From Callorhinchus milii (Eukaryota), in the NCBI RefSeq assembly GCF_018977255.1, contig NW_024704743.1, positions 41,728,001 to 41,792,000 on the forward strand: a DNA stretch of 64,000 bases, written 5' to 3'. A program made the position numbers and the translations under genes. The notes beneath the pieces are model-generated. The model saw only the letters and a program-made list of their open reading frames with translations. It did no database searches and was not told where the DNA came from. Shown here one piece after another: positions 12,474 to 23,959 of the stretch. Numbering within the stretch: position 1 is the first letter of the stretch; each line of letters begins with the position of its first letter.

Positions 12474-12762
12474 TATAATAAAATAATCCTTGCATTTGAT
12501 ATAGTGCTTTTCATGTCTTCTAGACGTCTCAAAGCGCTTCACAGAAAATACTGTAAAGTAAATTGACTCTATAATTATGGGTGAAACGTGGCATCCAATT
12601 GCACACAGCAGTGTCCTACAAACAGCCGTGGATTGATTGGCCAAATTATTATTGTGTTTCTTATTTTTTTCTTGAGGGATTATTATCAGGCGCCTGCCTG
12701 GAATCGAACCCAGGTCTCTCGCTTGCAAGGCGAGTGCTCTAACCAATGAGCTACAGGACTCC
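12474..12762 (-). mobile_element. SINE family B, small internal deletion
   Basis: Same head (ggagtcctgtagctcattggttagagcactcgccttgcaagcgagagacctgggttcgattcc) and tail as 11280. Confidence 0.92.
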
Positions 12763-12869
12763 TCCTTGCTTATCATTGTTTCATGGTAAAGCAACTGCTG
12801 TTTATTTTGGTGCACATTCAATGTGTATGCTCTCTGACTGAATAGTGCAAATGTGTTTGAAGGAAATTA

Positions 12870-13185
12870 ATAATATTAATCCTTACATTTGATATAGTGC
12901 CTTTCAATTTGGGGGCAAATCTTAAAATGCTTCACACAATATACTTTAAAGTAAAGTGAATGTTTTTAATAAGCAGATGCGGTAGTGAATTTGTGCACAG
13001 CAATATCCCCCAACCAGCCAAGATGGGAAATGGAGGATTGTTCACCAGGACACGAGAAGAAACTCCTTTGACGTTTGAATAGTACCATGGGATCCAACAA
13101 TACAGTACACCCTCAGCACTGTGTTGCAGTATCAGCACAGACTATATTAATTCCAAGTAACAATGTTGGGCTTGAACCTACAGCC
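12870..13185 (-). mobile_element. SINE family A, degenerate
   Basis: Reverse tail, caggacacgagaagaaactcct, tagtaccatgggatcc, ttgggcttgaacctacag. Confidence 0.7.
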
Positions 13186-13610
13186 AATTACTGTAAGGGG
13201 ACCTGTTGACTTCTATTCATTTTCTGAAGCCAATAGAAACCTATCATTGAATGAACACAACATCAATGAATGAGCAACATATCACAACCAATACCATTTA
13301 AGGAGAACCAAAACCACTTGCAGTGAAGTCATCGATGTTGACTGCAGGTTGTACAGTAGCTGGTAACTTACATGTTCTATGTGTTGCCTATTTGTGCAGG
13401 TTGGCAGCCTGTCTCACAATCAGAGCTGTCCATCACCCTGACCAACATTACTCTTTGTAAATTGTAGTAACACTTTTACCAACATCACACCTGTCAAAAC
13501 TGGCTTGAATTCTCTTTGAATGGATATCGTAAACTCTTACTTTATATATTTTATTTACCTCTTCTCATGACATTGTGAAATTTTTCCTCCTGCTAGGAAT
13601 CATGAGCAAG

Positions 13611-13624
13611 GTTGCCATGGTAAC
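13611..13624. promoter_or_regulatory. RFX X-box consensus match GTTGCCATGGTAAC
   Basis: Full 14-bp match to the GTNRCC-N(0-3)-RGYAAC X-box, in apparently unique sequence; function not shown. Confidence 0.45.
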
Positions 13625-13825
13625 CCAGGTAGCTCTAATCAGTAAGACAGAGTGGCCTGACCAAATATATAAGACATCACTGAGAAAATATAGGACAATT
13701 AAAGGGAGACAAAAGTGAATGCTTTATTACAAAGACAGATTTTGTTCAGTAAAGGAACCTGCTGCGCTTTTGCTAACCGAATACTTTGATCTGTAAATGC
13801 TGGTTAGCTTAGCCTTGCAACAGAT

Positions 13826-14065
13826 CCATTGAGGAGTTTAGGAGGAATCTCTTCACTCACCAGTTGGTGAGAATGTGGAACTCTCTGTCAGAAGCTGTGG
13901 TTGAAGCAACAAGCATCAATGTATTTAAAAGGAAACTTAATGCATACATAAGATAAAACAGAATGTAGGAGTGGGATCTCATGTGGAGTGTAAACACTGG
14001 CATGGACTACTTGGGCAGAATAGCCCGTTACCGTATCATATCATTCTATATAATTCTATATTTCT
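13826..14065 (+). mobile_element. CR1 LINE 3' end
   Basis: FRRNLFTHQLVRMWNSLSEAVVEATSINVFKRKL-like coding end and ttctatataattctatat terminal repeat. Confidence 0.85.
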
Positions 14066-14164
14066 GATATGAATTGAGAGTTTACATCAATTGTAATACT
14101 ACCATTTTGTTTGAAGCTTTGCATAAGCATGTTGTAGGGTTGGGATGAAACCACTTTCCAGTGT

Positions 14165-14780
14165 TAATATAGACCCGGGACATCACAAATCTGATCCTGA
14201 TCTGTGCTGTTAGTTCATGTCAGATGGGGGCAATATTGATGATACAGTTGAATTCAGCATCAATGAAAGAAATGGGAAATTTAGACATGGGGTGTAGAGG
14301 ACATTCTCCATTACTATCCATTGCCTGTCTGCCTATAAGTCTAATATGTGTGAATGTAAGCAAAGATGAGGCTCAGCTGTGTTACCACAATAGTTTATGT
14401 TCCTGGCTGATACTTAATGTGTCAGCTCACATAATAATAAATAATAATCCTTGCATTTGATGTAGCGCTTTTCACGTCTTCTAGACGTCTCAAAAAGCTT
14501 CACAGAATAGACGGTAAAGTGAATTGACTGTATATTTGCGGGCAAAATGCGGCAGCCAATTGTGCAAAGCTTTGTCCTACAAACAGTCATAGATTGAAAT
14601 TACCAATTTATTATTTTTTTTTAAGGGATTATTATCAGGCGTGTGGAGTAAGCAAACTTGCCCAAGTTTTCACCCTGTCGGGAATCGAACCCAGGTCTCT
14701 CACTAGCAAAGCAAGTGCTGTAACCACTGAGCTACAGGATCCACATGTGAGTTGGAAGAGGTTCTAGACAAAGGACAATC
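14165..14780 (+). mobile_element. Old SINE-like family C, interrupted by SINE B at 14431-14745
   Basis: gatcctgatctgtgctgttagt, gtgtgaatgtaagcaaagatgaggctcagctgtg and gctcacat|gtgagttgg resemble the reverse of the 22340 and 61770 copies. Confidence 0.45.
14431..14745 (-). mobile_element. SINE family B, full length
   Basis: Head, body and (ATT)n tail as at 11280. Confidence 0.92.
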
Positions 14781-15562
14781 CATGCAAGTGGATCCTGGAA
14801 AGTGCCAGCACTTACAAGAGAAAGTAACACAAGTGCAAACATACTGGGAGTAAATTTAAACAACAAAAGGTGAATTGATTAGAAATTCCACGGTATCCAC
14901 GCAGCAGAAAAGCTTTGCTTTTATTGACATTCAGTTAAAGGAGGTCAAGGCTTATCAAGGACTTGATGTCTCATAGCTAGTTCATCAGAATGGTAGTATA
15001 GTAGTCGAGGATAAAGGCAGAGGGAAACTTGGGTTTCATCCCTGTACTTTTGGAAATGGATATCATGTCTGCAGAGTATGAAGTCAAGGAAAAAAAGATA
15101 GAATCCTGAGGAATACCACAAGTGCCTGTGTGTAATCAAAGAATCAGAAGCAACAGGAAGTACCTCTAGAAAAGAATGCAAATACCACACCAAGGCAAAG
15201 AAATGTAAAAAAGGAGAAACAATTCAGAATGAGATCATCAATGTCATACGCTGGCCTGCTCATCCTAAATCTCTGCATGTGTCTCACTGTCACTGTTAAC
15301 TATTACCATCTGTCATAAACCTTGCAACCCACCAATAACCCACAAGCAGTTGCATAATTGTGTTGCACATGACAGTGTCAACAATCTGGTTGGCCTGGCA
15401 GCAAAGGTATGAGTTGTTCTCTAATCTCCCTCTGATGTGATTAATGCACCAGCATTTCATTTTCACAATCCCCTGAATACTGAATAACTAAGGCTGTAGT
15501 TCGCTGTAACTTGTTTTATTGATCTTTTAAAAAGCATTTGTAGATGTAGGACAAGAATCATT

Positions 15563-16024
15563 ACAACAACGATGACAACAACTTGCACTTATATAGCACT
15601 CAGGGTAGCATCTCAGAGTGCTTAAACGTGGCAGAGCCTGACTCTGAGTCAGGGGGAGGGGGGAGGTAGCCGTAAGCACGGTCGAACAGGAAAGTTTTCA
15701 TGCGGCACTTGAAAGAGGGGAGAGGGTGGGCAAAGCGGAGGGATTGAGGGAGATTGTTCCAGAGTTTTGGGGCGTAGTGGCTGAAAGCATGACCTCTATT
15801 GTGGAGCGGAAGGTGGGAGGGACAAGCAGGAGGCTGGTGCCAGTCGTGCGGAGGTGCCGGGTGGTGGAATGGGTAGTGAGGAAGTCGGAGAGGTAGGAAG
15901 GTGCCACGGAGTGAAGGGATTTGAACACAAGAGTGAGGATCTTGAAGTCGATCCATTTGTTGATGGGGAGCCAGTGGAGCCTGGCCAGAATTGGTGAGAT
16001 GTGGCTAATGCTTCGAGCTGCAGG
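15563..16024 (-). mobile_element. L2 LINE 3' fragment (subfamily with gtgcaag(ttg)n end)
   Basis: HISPILARLHWLPINKWIDFKILTLVFKSLH and AFSHYAPKLWNNLP L2 ORF2 motifs. Confidence 0.92.
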
Positions 16025-17147
16025 TTTGCTCACCGAATGCATGTACATTTTTTTCAGTAAAAAGGAATGCTCACTCTGCTCACCTTAAAGCACATAACTA
16101 CTGATCATTTTATCCTCAGTTATTTCTTCATTCTCGAACAGCCTAAACAGAGATAGTTGTGGCATCCTGCAGATGCACAAGTAGCCGGATAATTAAAAGA
16201 CATATCTGGCATGACATTACAAGGAACACATACCATCTGAGCTTCTATAGAATGACTGTGTTGCTGTGAAGGACAATAACTGCTCTGTTTCATGCTCAAG
16301 CAGAAGCTAATGAATTGTATGGCCCTCAAGATCCTGGAAAATTACACAGCAGCAATAAAATAGCCTTCTTTGGTCCTCAGGGGTTGCAGAGTAGTGAGAA
16401 GCTAACACATACTGTACTCACTTAAGGTAGCATTTGCCTGAGAAATGTTCTTCGGCATTGAAGACCAACTGAGGCCTGAAATGGCACCAGCAGGAGGGTT
16501 GAAACATGCCATTGGCAAGAAGGTTGAGTGCTGCTGTCTCCTTCAGTAACTTCGGCATTGCAAAATTCCTGGCAGCACGACACTTTGAATCCTCTTACCT
16601 TTTTGCACAAGTCACAAGGTATCTGTTTGGTGAACGTACAGCACCTAAAGCAGGAATGGGATCAGTGCAAACACCCAGCTCACTGCCCATAAGCTTTAGA
16701 GAATACGCTGTTCTCTTTAGTCTTCTGCACCTTATAATATGGAGGTCAGAACTGTCTTGAACTGTCTTGCAGCTGGTTTGATATAATTCTAGGCTTTCTT
16801 TGTCATATGGCTTATTGAAAACCTGGTTTAAGCAGTATTCTTATCTGACAGAATACTGACAACTTGTTTTGCTAGATTTTAACGAAAGCTTTTTCGTGGT
16901 GTGGTCGATTGACACAATGTGCTTTGCTTTTTAAAAATTATTTCTTAGTGTGAACCCAGAAAACATTACAAAAGTAAGTGCTACAGCTGATGCTCTGGAG
17001 TATTAAATGCTATATTCAGAAGTGTAAGTCGCAAATAATGACTCTTGACATTAATCAGATGTGCATTATGGTGACTCGCGGGAACTTTTCTCTGATACTT
17101 CTGGCTGTGTTGGAGCAGAGTTCACTTGGGTTGGCATAACACACCTT

Positions 17148-17211
17148 CATTTATTTGTGATTTATTTATTTGTTTATTTGTTTATTTATTTATTGTTCAT
17201 TTATTTATTTG
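17148..17211. repeat. (TTTA/TTTG)n microsatellite
   Basis: tttatttatttgtttatttgtttatttatttatt. Confidence 0.9.
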
Positions 17212-17702
17212 TTCATCCAGAGCTCTGCAGCCTGTGCCCTCTCCTGCACTAGGCTCCGGAGCCCTAACACCCCCATCCTTGCGCAACTCCACTGGCTTCC
17301 CATCACACAGAGGATACAGTTCAAGATCCTGGTCCTCACCTTCAAAGCCCTCTACGGTCTTGCTCCCTACTACCTCACTGACCTCCTAACTCCCCACCAC
17401 TCTGTTCGCCTGCTTCCCGTCCCCTGTTTCACTCGCCCCACTATTGGCATGCGGGCCTTCCGCCACTCTGCACCCACCCTCTGGAACCCCATCCTGCACT
17501 CCCTCCACCTCCCTTGCCTCCTTCAAGACCCATCTCAAGACCCTTCTCTTCGACCGTGATTTCTATCTCCCTGCTTCCCCCATTGCCCTCCACCCTCCCC
17601 GATCCCGACCCCCAGCTCAGGTCTGAAATGTTGTCTGTCCAGCGCCTTGGGATGTCCTCCCGACGTGAAAGGCGCTATACAACTGTAATTTTGTTGTTGT
17701 TG
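17212..17702 (+). mobile_element. L2 LINE 3' fragment
   Basis: TPILAQLHWLPITQRIQFKILVLTFKALYGLAP; tail gggatgtcctcccgacgtgaaaggcgctat...(gtt)n. Confidence 0.93.
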
Positions 17703-18147
17703 CACTATGGACTAATGGCTAAAATACGTGTCCTTAAGTTGAGCTTTCAGCTCAGACTCCTGCAAAGTCCGATCAAGTGACAAGTTGCCTTTACTAGTAC
17801 GCTAATTATCTCATTAGTAATCCTCAGTTGACCTGAAAAATAACATTATTAATTCATAGCATAGTGTTCTGCTTCATTACTCATGTGAAAGCCATCCTGA
17901 TTATAAAATAAAGTCACTGATATCCCTATTTGTGCCTCAGAAGTGGAAGAGCCACATCAAACTTACAGCAGTTTTGAAAATAAATACAATAGTGAAACAT
18001 ACACTATAATGGACATGGCTGCCAACAGGTAGATTATTTTGATGATAATTAAGTGGGACACCTCTGAACCATCCATAAACCATGTTTTACACAGTAATAA
18101 ATCACTGATGATAAATTATTAATAGTTAAAATAAAATAATTTTTGAA

Positions 18148-18626
18148 TTTGCATTCTGTATTGCACCTTATTACATCGCAAGGATGTTTCAAAGAACTTC
18201 ACAGGATTTACTGACTCTAAATATTGGCAAGAATGCCTCCTTCATCTTCACAGGATTCTATTGGAGTGACTGTATTTTTGTAGAAAAGTGCAGCAACACA
18301 ATTGTGCACAGTAATGTCCCATAATTAGCCATGAAACAAATGACCAACTTTTTTATTTTAGGGAATGTGTTGGTCACGACAGCAGGAGAGAGAAACTCCC
18401 TTCTCTTTTCAAATTGTGTTACGGGGCTTTAAAATCCACATAAACAGCAAGATGGGACCTTGGTTTAAATTACTTCCGAAGTATGGCACCTTCAACAATG
18501 CAACACACCTCAGCCCTGCAGTGGAGTGTCAGCTGAGACTATGTGAGTTCAAGTCGCAACGTGGGGCTTGAACCCACAACTTCTGACTCAGAGGCAAGAG
18601 CGCTATTACTGAGTAAGGCTGACACA
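18148..18626 (-). mobile_element. SINE family A, near full length
   Basis: Minus head gtgtcagccttactcagtaatagcgctcttgcctctgagtcagaagttgtgggttcaagcccc, plus body and tail. Confidence 0.85.
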
Positions 18627-18721
18627 CATCCCTTTTCTCTCTGGCAAAACAAAATATACTTTCAATATATGGTCCAATCAGGTTTTCTGACCAGAAATTT
18701 GGCTATTGGCACAGGGTAATT

Positions 18722-18875
18722 AAGCATTGGAGCAGGTTGTCAGGAAGGGTGGTTGAGGCCAAGACACTGGGCTTATTTTTTTTAAAAAAATCATCATGCC
18801 TTGATGGGTTGACAATGGGGTGGAAATTGTGGAAGGATGATGGGCCGAATGGCCTTCTTTACCTTAACCATAAGA
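18722..18875 (+). mobile_element. CR1 3' end remnant
   Basis: gtggttgaggccaagacactgg and gatgggccgaatggccttctt terminal motif. Confidence 0.6.
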
Positions 18876-20038
18876 TCACGAGATTGGTTCAGATGAACAA
18901 GGTCATTCTTGCCAACATTCAGAGAGTGAAGGTTTATGCGGAGGTCAAATTAATATCACAAGAAGAGAGGGAGTAGCTCAAGAGGCTGATTTTGAACTCT
19001 GGCATTTCCAGGAATCATCCAAATCCCATACTGTTTAAAACCACCTGAAAAGTGTGGTATTTGAAGTGATATATATCACCGCGGATAATTATCATATGTG
19101 GGACATTCTGCTCTTGAAGATATATCGGTCAATAAATACCACGGGGAAAGTACCCCCATCCTGACTTTGTTCAAATGGTTTGTCCAAAAGCTGCAGCCAT
19201 TCAGCTGTTGGCATTACACTGTCCCTGAAGCCCAAGTTATTAGTCTATGGTATTGTGCCAAAATTCCTGCCTTGGAAATTGGAAATATGCTGCTCCCCTC
19301 CATTTGCAATAAAACTCGTGCCATCCATTGTCAGCACATTAAAAACTGTGCATCAAATTCCAGGAAAGATAGAACAGCCAGCAGTATTCATCACACATCC
19401 GATTTGTAAATAAACAAAAAATTGCACTCTGTTGAATGTAATTGCTACAAGATGTACAAATAGTCTTGCATTCTAGCTTCACTTGTAAGCAGATGAAGTG
19501 AGTGTCATCAAAGCAATTTCTCTAAAGGTATATTGATTTCTTTGCTTGTTTGGGCAGGTTTCAGTGATTAAGTTCAGAAAAAAGAAAAGACTTTCTTTGT
19601 AAATAGTTGATATGAGAAATCTAATTGCAAAGTTAATTTCGGCATTATTCCCATAGTTTCCCTTGTCTCCATCAAATGATATAGTGCGTTATCATGTCAC
19701 CGTGCCATTTCAAAGCACTTCTCAAGATTTACTGTATTTTTTGCTGCAATCAATTTGCACATAGTAATGTCTCACAAACAGCCTTTAAGCAAACAATCAA
19801 TTTTATCTGAGAGATTGTTGGCAAGGACACCAGGAGAAACTCCCTTCTCTTTTTGACTGTTTAGCTAATGAGCTCAAATCTGTTCTTTCATTGCAACTAA
19901 TCTCACATTGGATGGAGGCAGTAGACCAAGAATACTTTGTATTCAGTGTTAAAGAAATGAAGTAAGAGCAACAATTAGGTAAGCTTGAGCTCTTCAGTAC
20001 TGACAAATAGATGCCTCAAGGGTAACCTTCCAGAGGTA

Positions 20039-21142
20039 CAGTAAAATTTGCATAAGTCCGATCTGTATAAATCGTATAATCGCTGAAGTCATATATCTGT
20101 CTAAGTCCTGTTCAAGAGTTTATATTCTACGCAACTTTGACATAACTCATAATGTGCGTAAATCATAGGACATACTACTGATGTGAAAGGTGCTCTACAA
20201 ATTAATTTTTTTGTTATATTAAATGTATGGCATCTATATGCTTCCCTCGGTGACATCATCCGCAGACATGGGATCAACTTCCATATTTATGCAATGACAC
20301 CCAACTCTCTGCCTCCACCCTCAAATCCAGGACCACTGCTGTCCTCATAGACTGTCTGTTAGACATCAAGTCCTGGATGAGAGCTTAACTTTCTGCAATT
20401 AAATATCAACAAGGCTGAGGCCCTTCTGCTTAGTTCCCATCAGCGCCTCCATACCTCAGGCACTGACAGGATCTCCCTCCATGGATGCTTTCTATATCTC
20501 ACATGCCAATATGGAAACTCGCAAGCTGCTGAGACCCTCATACACTCATTCATAACATCCAGGCTCGACTTTGCAAACTCCCTATTTGTTGGCCTCCCCA
20601 ACTCCTCCCTCCATAGGCTGCAGATCATCCTGAACTCTACAGCCAAAGTCCTCTCCCACATCCGTCTCTGCAACCCTATCAGCATACGGTTCAAGATCCT
20701 CGTCCTCACCTTTAAAGCCCTCCATGGTCTTGCTCCCCACTGCCTCCTTGACCTCCTAATAACCTACCAACCTGTCCACTGCATTTGCTCAGTGGGCTCC
20801 GGCCTGCTTCATGTCCCCTGCCTTGTCCACCCCACCATTAATGTGCGGTCCTTTAGCCACTCTGCCCCCACCTTCTGTAACTCCATCCCACAGTCCCTCT
20901 GCCTTGTCCCTCTCCCTTGCCTCCTTCAAGACCCATGTGAAGAATCAACTCTTCAACTGTGCCTTTGGTCACCATCCTTCTCCTTCTGCTCTCGAAACCC
21001 CCCTGATCTTGACCCCCAGCTCAGGTTCGAAACAGTGATTGTCCAGCACCTTGGGACGTCCTCCTGATGTGAAAGGCGCTATACAAATGTAATTTTGTTT
21101 GTAGTTGTGGTCCAAACTGATATGACTTATGTGAGGTTTACT
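20039..21142. mobile_element. Putative pogo/Tigger-like (Tc1/mariner superfamily) MITE with nested L2
   Basis: TA+CAGTAAAATTTGCATAAGTC at the left and GACTTATGTGAGGTTTACT+TA at the right: 15 of 19 inverted match with TA flanks. Confidence 0.55.
20235..21107 (+). mobile_element. L2 LINE fragment, frameshifted with internal deletions
   Basis: GDIIRRHGINFHIYA-(D)DTQL region through RFKILVLTFKALHGLAP to the tail gggacgtcctcctgatgtgaaaggcgctatac. Confidence 0.9.
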
Positions 21143-21183
21143 TAACATTTTAAAAGGAGGTTAGAAACAATACTTTCTGATCT

Positions 21184-21640
21184 ACAACAACAACAACTTA
21201 CATTTATATAGTGCCCTTTATGTGGAGTAGTGGTGGAGTGTGACAATGAGCTAGTGGGGGTGTGGGGTGGGGGGAGAGCAGACCGTAAGCACAATCAAAA
21301 AGGAAGGCGGGATTTGAAGGTGGGGAGGGAGGGTGCAAGGCGGAGGGAGTGAGGGAGAGAGTTCCAGAGGTTTGTGGCATAGTGGCTGAAGGCATGGCCA
21401 CCGATGGTGGAGTGGAAGCGATGAGGGAACAAACAGGAGGCCGGAGCTAGCTGAACGGAGGCAGCGGGAGGTGGAGTGGGGGTAATCAGATCAGATAGGT
21501 CTGGAGGTGCGAGGGCACAAAGGGATTTGAATGAAAAAATCTTGAAATCAATCCATTCGGTAATTCAGAGCCAGTGGTGCTTGGCAAGGACTGGTGTGAT
21601 GGGGATACTGAAGTACGTTTGTTGCAAGATACGGGCAATG
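21184..21640 (-). mobile_element. L2 LINE 3' fragment
   Basis: (caa)n tail at left; WIDFKI-like motif and gccttcagccactatgccacaaacctctggaactctctccct on the minus strand. Confidence 0.88.
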
Positions 21641-21654
21641 TGGCAGAGAGACAT

Positions 21655-21732
21655 TTCAGCTCCTTGGGACATCCTCCCGACATGAAAGGTGCTATACAAA
21701 TGTAATTTTGTCATTGTTTTTGATGTTGTTGT
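21655..21732 (+). mobile_element. L2 3'-terminal fragment
   Basis: cttgggacatcctcccgacatgaaaggtgctatacaaatgtaattttg. Confidence 0.8.
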
Positions 21733-21759
21733 AAATAATAGTCTATCAAGGCATCAGAA

Positions 21760-21990
21760 AAAGAGGACACAGGTTTAGGAGTGCAAAGGGCAAATTCAGG
21801 ATGGACAGGAAGTATTTATTTACCAAAGGGTAATTAATGACCAGAACTGGTTATCAGAAAGCATGGTTAAGACCACAACACTGGACTGATTTTAAAAAAA
21901 AGTGACCACAGTGGGGTAAGTGTTCTGGAAAGATAAGATCAAATGGGCTGAAGGGCCTTCTTCATTCAAATCAATTTTGTGTGATCATAT
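21760..21990 (+). mobile_element. CR1 3' end, degenerate
   Basis: agaggacacagg...aaaggggcaaattcagga (RGH..KGKFR-like) and aatgggctgaagggccttct. Confidence 0.7.
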
Positions 21991-22339
21991 CCGCTGTGAG
22001 GTGTCCATAGAGCGACACACCTCCCCAATCTGTCTGGACAATGGAATAAAACTTCAAGGGTCCTAAAAACCCTTTTTTGTATAGCTGCTTTCTTGGCTTT
22101 CTTCATTCATTTAACATTTTAGAAATGGTATAATGATACAGTGAGATTGACTTGCAGCTGTGTCTGTCACAATAATCATGTCATGAAGCTTATTATTTCT
22201 CCTAGGTGTTCAGGCAAAGAAATGTGATGAAGAATACATGAGTCATGTGTTGATTCTTGGCAGTTGGTAGGCAGGTGTCCTGGGATTCTGTCGGGTTACA
22301 GACACCCTACCTGTTCATTAGATGGCACTTCTTAATGCA

Positions 22340-22785
22340 TTATGCCCCATCACACAAATCTTTGTTTTTCTCCATTTTTCACCTTCAATTATCTCCACTC
22401 CCCACCTCTTCCTCTGAAGACATTTGACTTATTTCTCGCTTTGCTGGGGAACAGTTCCACGGCCACCAAGCACTTTCCAGCACTTCAAAGTCGCAGCCAT
22501 TGTTGTTGTTTGCGCTCTGGCATTCGGACCTGACAGGCTCTTCAACCATTACAATCCAAATCAAATCTGTCCTCACACACACACACACACACAAACACAC
22601 CCACTTCCAATCAGCAGCTCTGGAACAGAAATCCTGGCTGACTTTTCACTCCCTGAACCAGGAGTCTTAGGATAATCGTAGCATCTCAGCTGTTGCCCTC
22701 ACTAATAGCACAGATTCAAATCTGTTTCTTGTAGTCCTGTGGCACAGTTCTTCACTATTGTTGCCTTTATCTGCAAGTAGCTTGA
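22340..22785 (-). mobile_element. Old SINE-like family C, contains (CA)n at 22573-22600
   Basis: cccacctcttcctctgaag, gctggggaacagttcca, aatctgtcctca and cctggctgacttttcactccct motifs shared with 61770, 23960 and (reversed) 26270. Confidence 0.6.
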
Positions 22786-23500
22786 AACACAAATTTGAAG
22801 TTATTTCTGGTCCATTGCACCCTGAAGCTGAGGGAAGTCCACATAAGCATTTATGAGTAGATCTATGCAGTTCTTCAGCTTTAGGGAAAACACCTGTCAC
22901 CTGTAAGATGTCTATGAAGTCATTCCCTGGAGCTTGTCATGTAGAAATTCATGACTGTGATTACCAGTCAAAAAGAATAATTCCATGATACAAATTGGAT
23001 GTGTCAGTGAGATCATGTCTGCAGGTCTGTTAAAATGATCAGACTTTGGGGTATAAATTGCAAGAGTAGCAAAGAGATTTATAAAAGGATTTGTGGTGGC
23101 CGACCCTCTGGAAATGCACTTGGACATCAACTTCACGGAAATGAGCTTGTCACAAGAGAGCAGTTCCAGAGCATCAACCATGACAAATAAGCAGATTTTT
23201 TCAGTATGAATCCCTTTGTGGTTTTTGCAATTTATATCTCACTGTTGTTTAGTTAATGCTAAATGTTTGTTTTCTGCTTTCCCCTTTCAATTTTCTCCCA
23301 ACTTCTTCAGAATGTACGGATTCATGATTGGTTCTACAAAGTAGTAGTCATCATCTGATATCTAGTATCAGTGGTTATTCCTTGTGTAAATCTAACCATT
23401 TGATGTTAGCATCTGATTCAATCAGAGTGGGTAGGGTATCTCAGCCAAATCCAATTCTCTCCTCACCTAATTTTCAAATGCAGTCGCTAGTCAGCAGGAT

Positions 23501-23933
23501 GTGTACCAACCTGTCTAATTTGGCAGCACTTTTGCCTCTGGGACAAAAGATTGTGGGTTCAAACTGCACATCAAGACTTTGGAATCATAGTCTAAGCTGA
23601 TATCCCAGTGCAAGGCAGGGGGGTGTTGCATTGTTGAAGGTCCATATTTTGGATGAGACATTAAATCAAGGTCCATCTGCCTGTTCATGTGGACATTAAA
23701 GATTCTATGGGATTATCTGAAAGGAGAAGGGGTTTATTTTGTTTCCCGGGCAAATAACATTAGGTATTCACTTCAAGGCTGTTTGTGGGGCATTGCCGTG
23801 CACAAAATGGTATCATCTTTGCCTACAAAATACAGTTATTAAATTTTACAGCACATACTGTGAACTACATTGAGGTGTACTCCCAACTTGAAAGGTACTA
23901 TATCATACATAAGTATAATGATTATTACTATTA
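23501..23933 (+). mobile_element. SINE family A, full length degenerate
   Basis: Head ggcagcacttttgcctctgggacaaaagattgtgggttcaaa, body and tail. Confidence 0.85.
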
Positions 23934-23959
23934 TAAGATCAATGGAAAGGGAGTACGTA

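Noticed and set aside
12690..12762. tRNA gene
   Set aside because: tRNA-like A and B boxes continue into a repeated SINE body, with no proper acceptor stem; same for all other SINE heads
13320..13380. Possible Penelope GIY-YIG C-terminal remnant (ATVQPAVNID, minus strand)
   Set aside because: Too short and divergent to support
22703..22900. 198-nt open, phase-0 exon candidate on the minus strand (ttacag| ... |gtgagg)
   Set aside because: Weak pyrimidine tract, no recognisable protein, and its 3' part overlaps a family C SINE head
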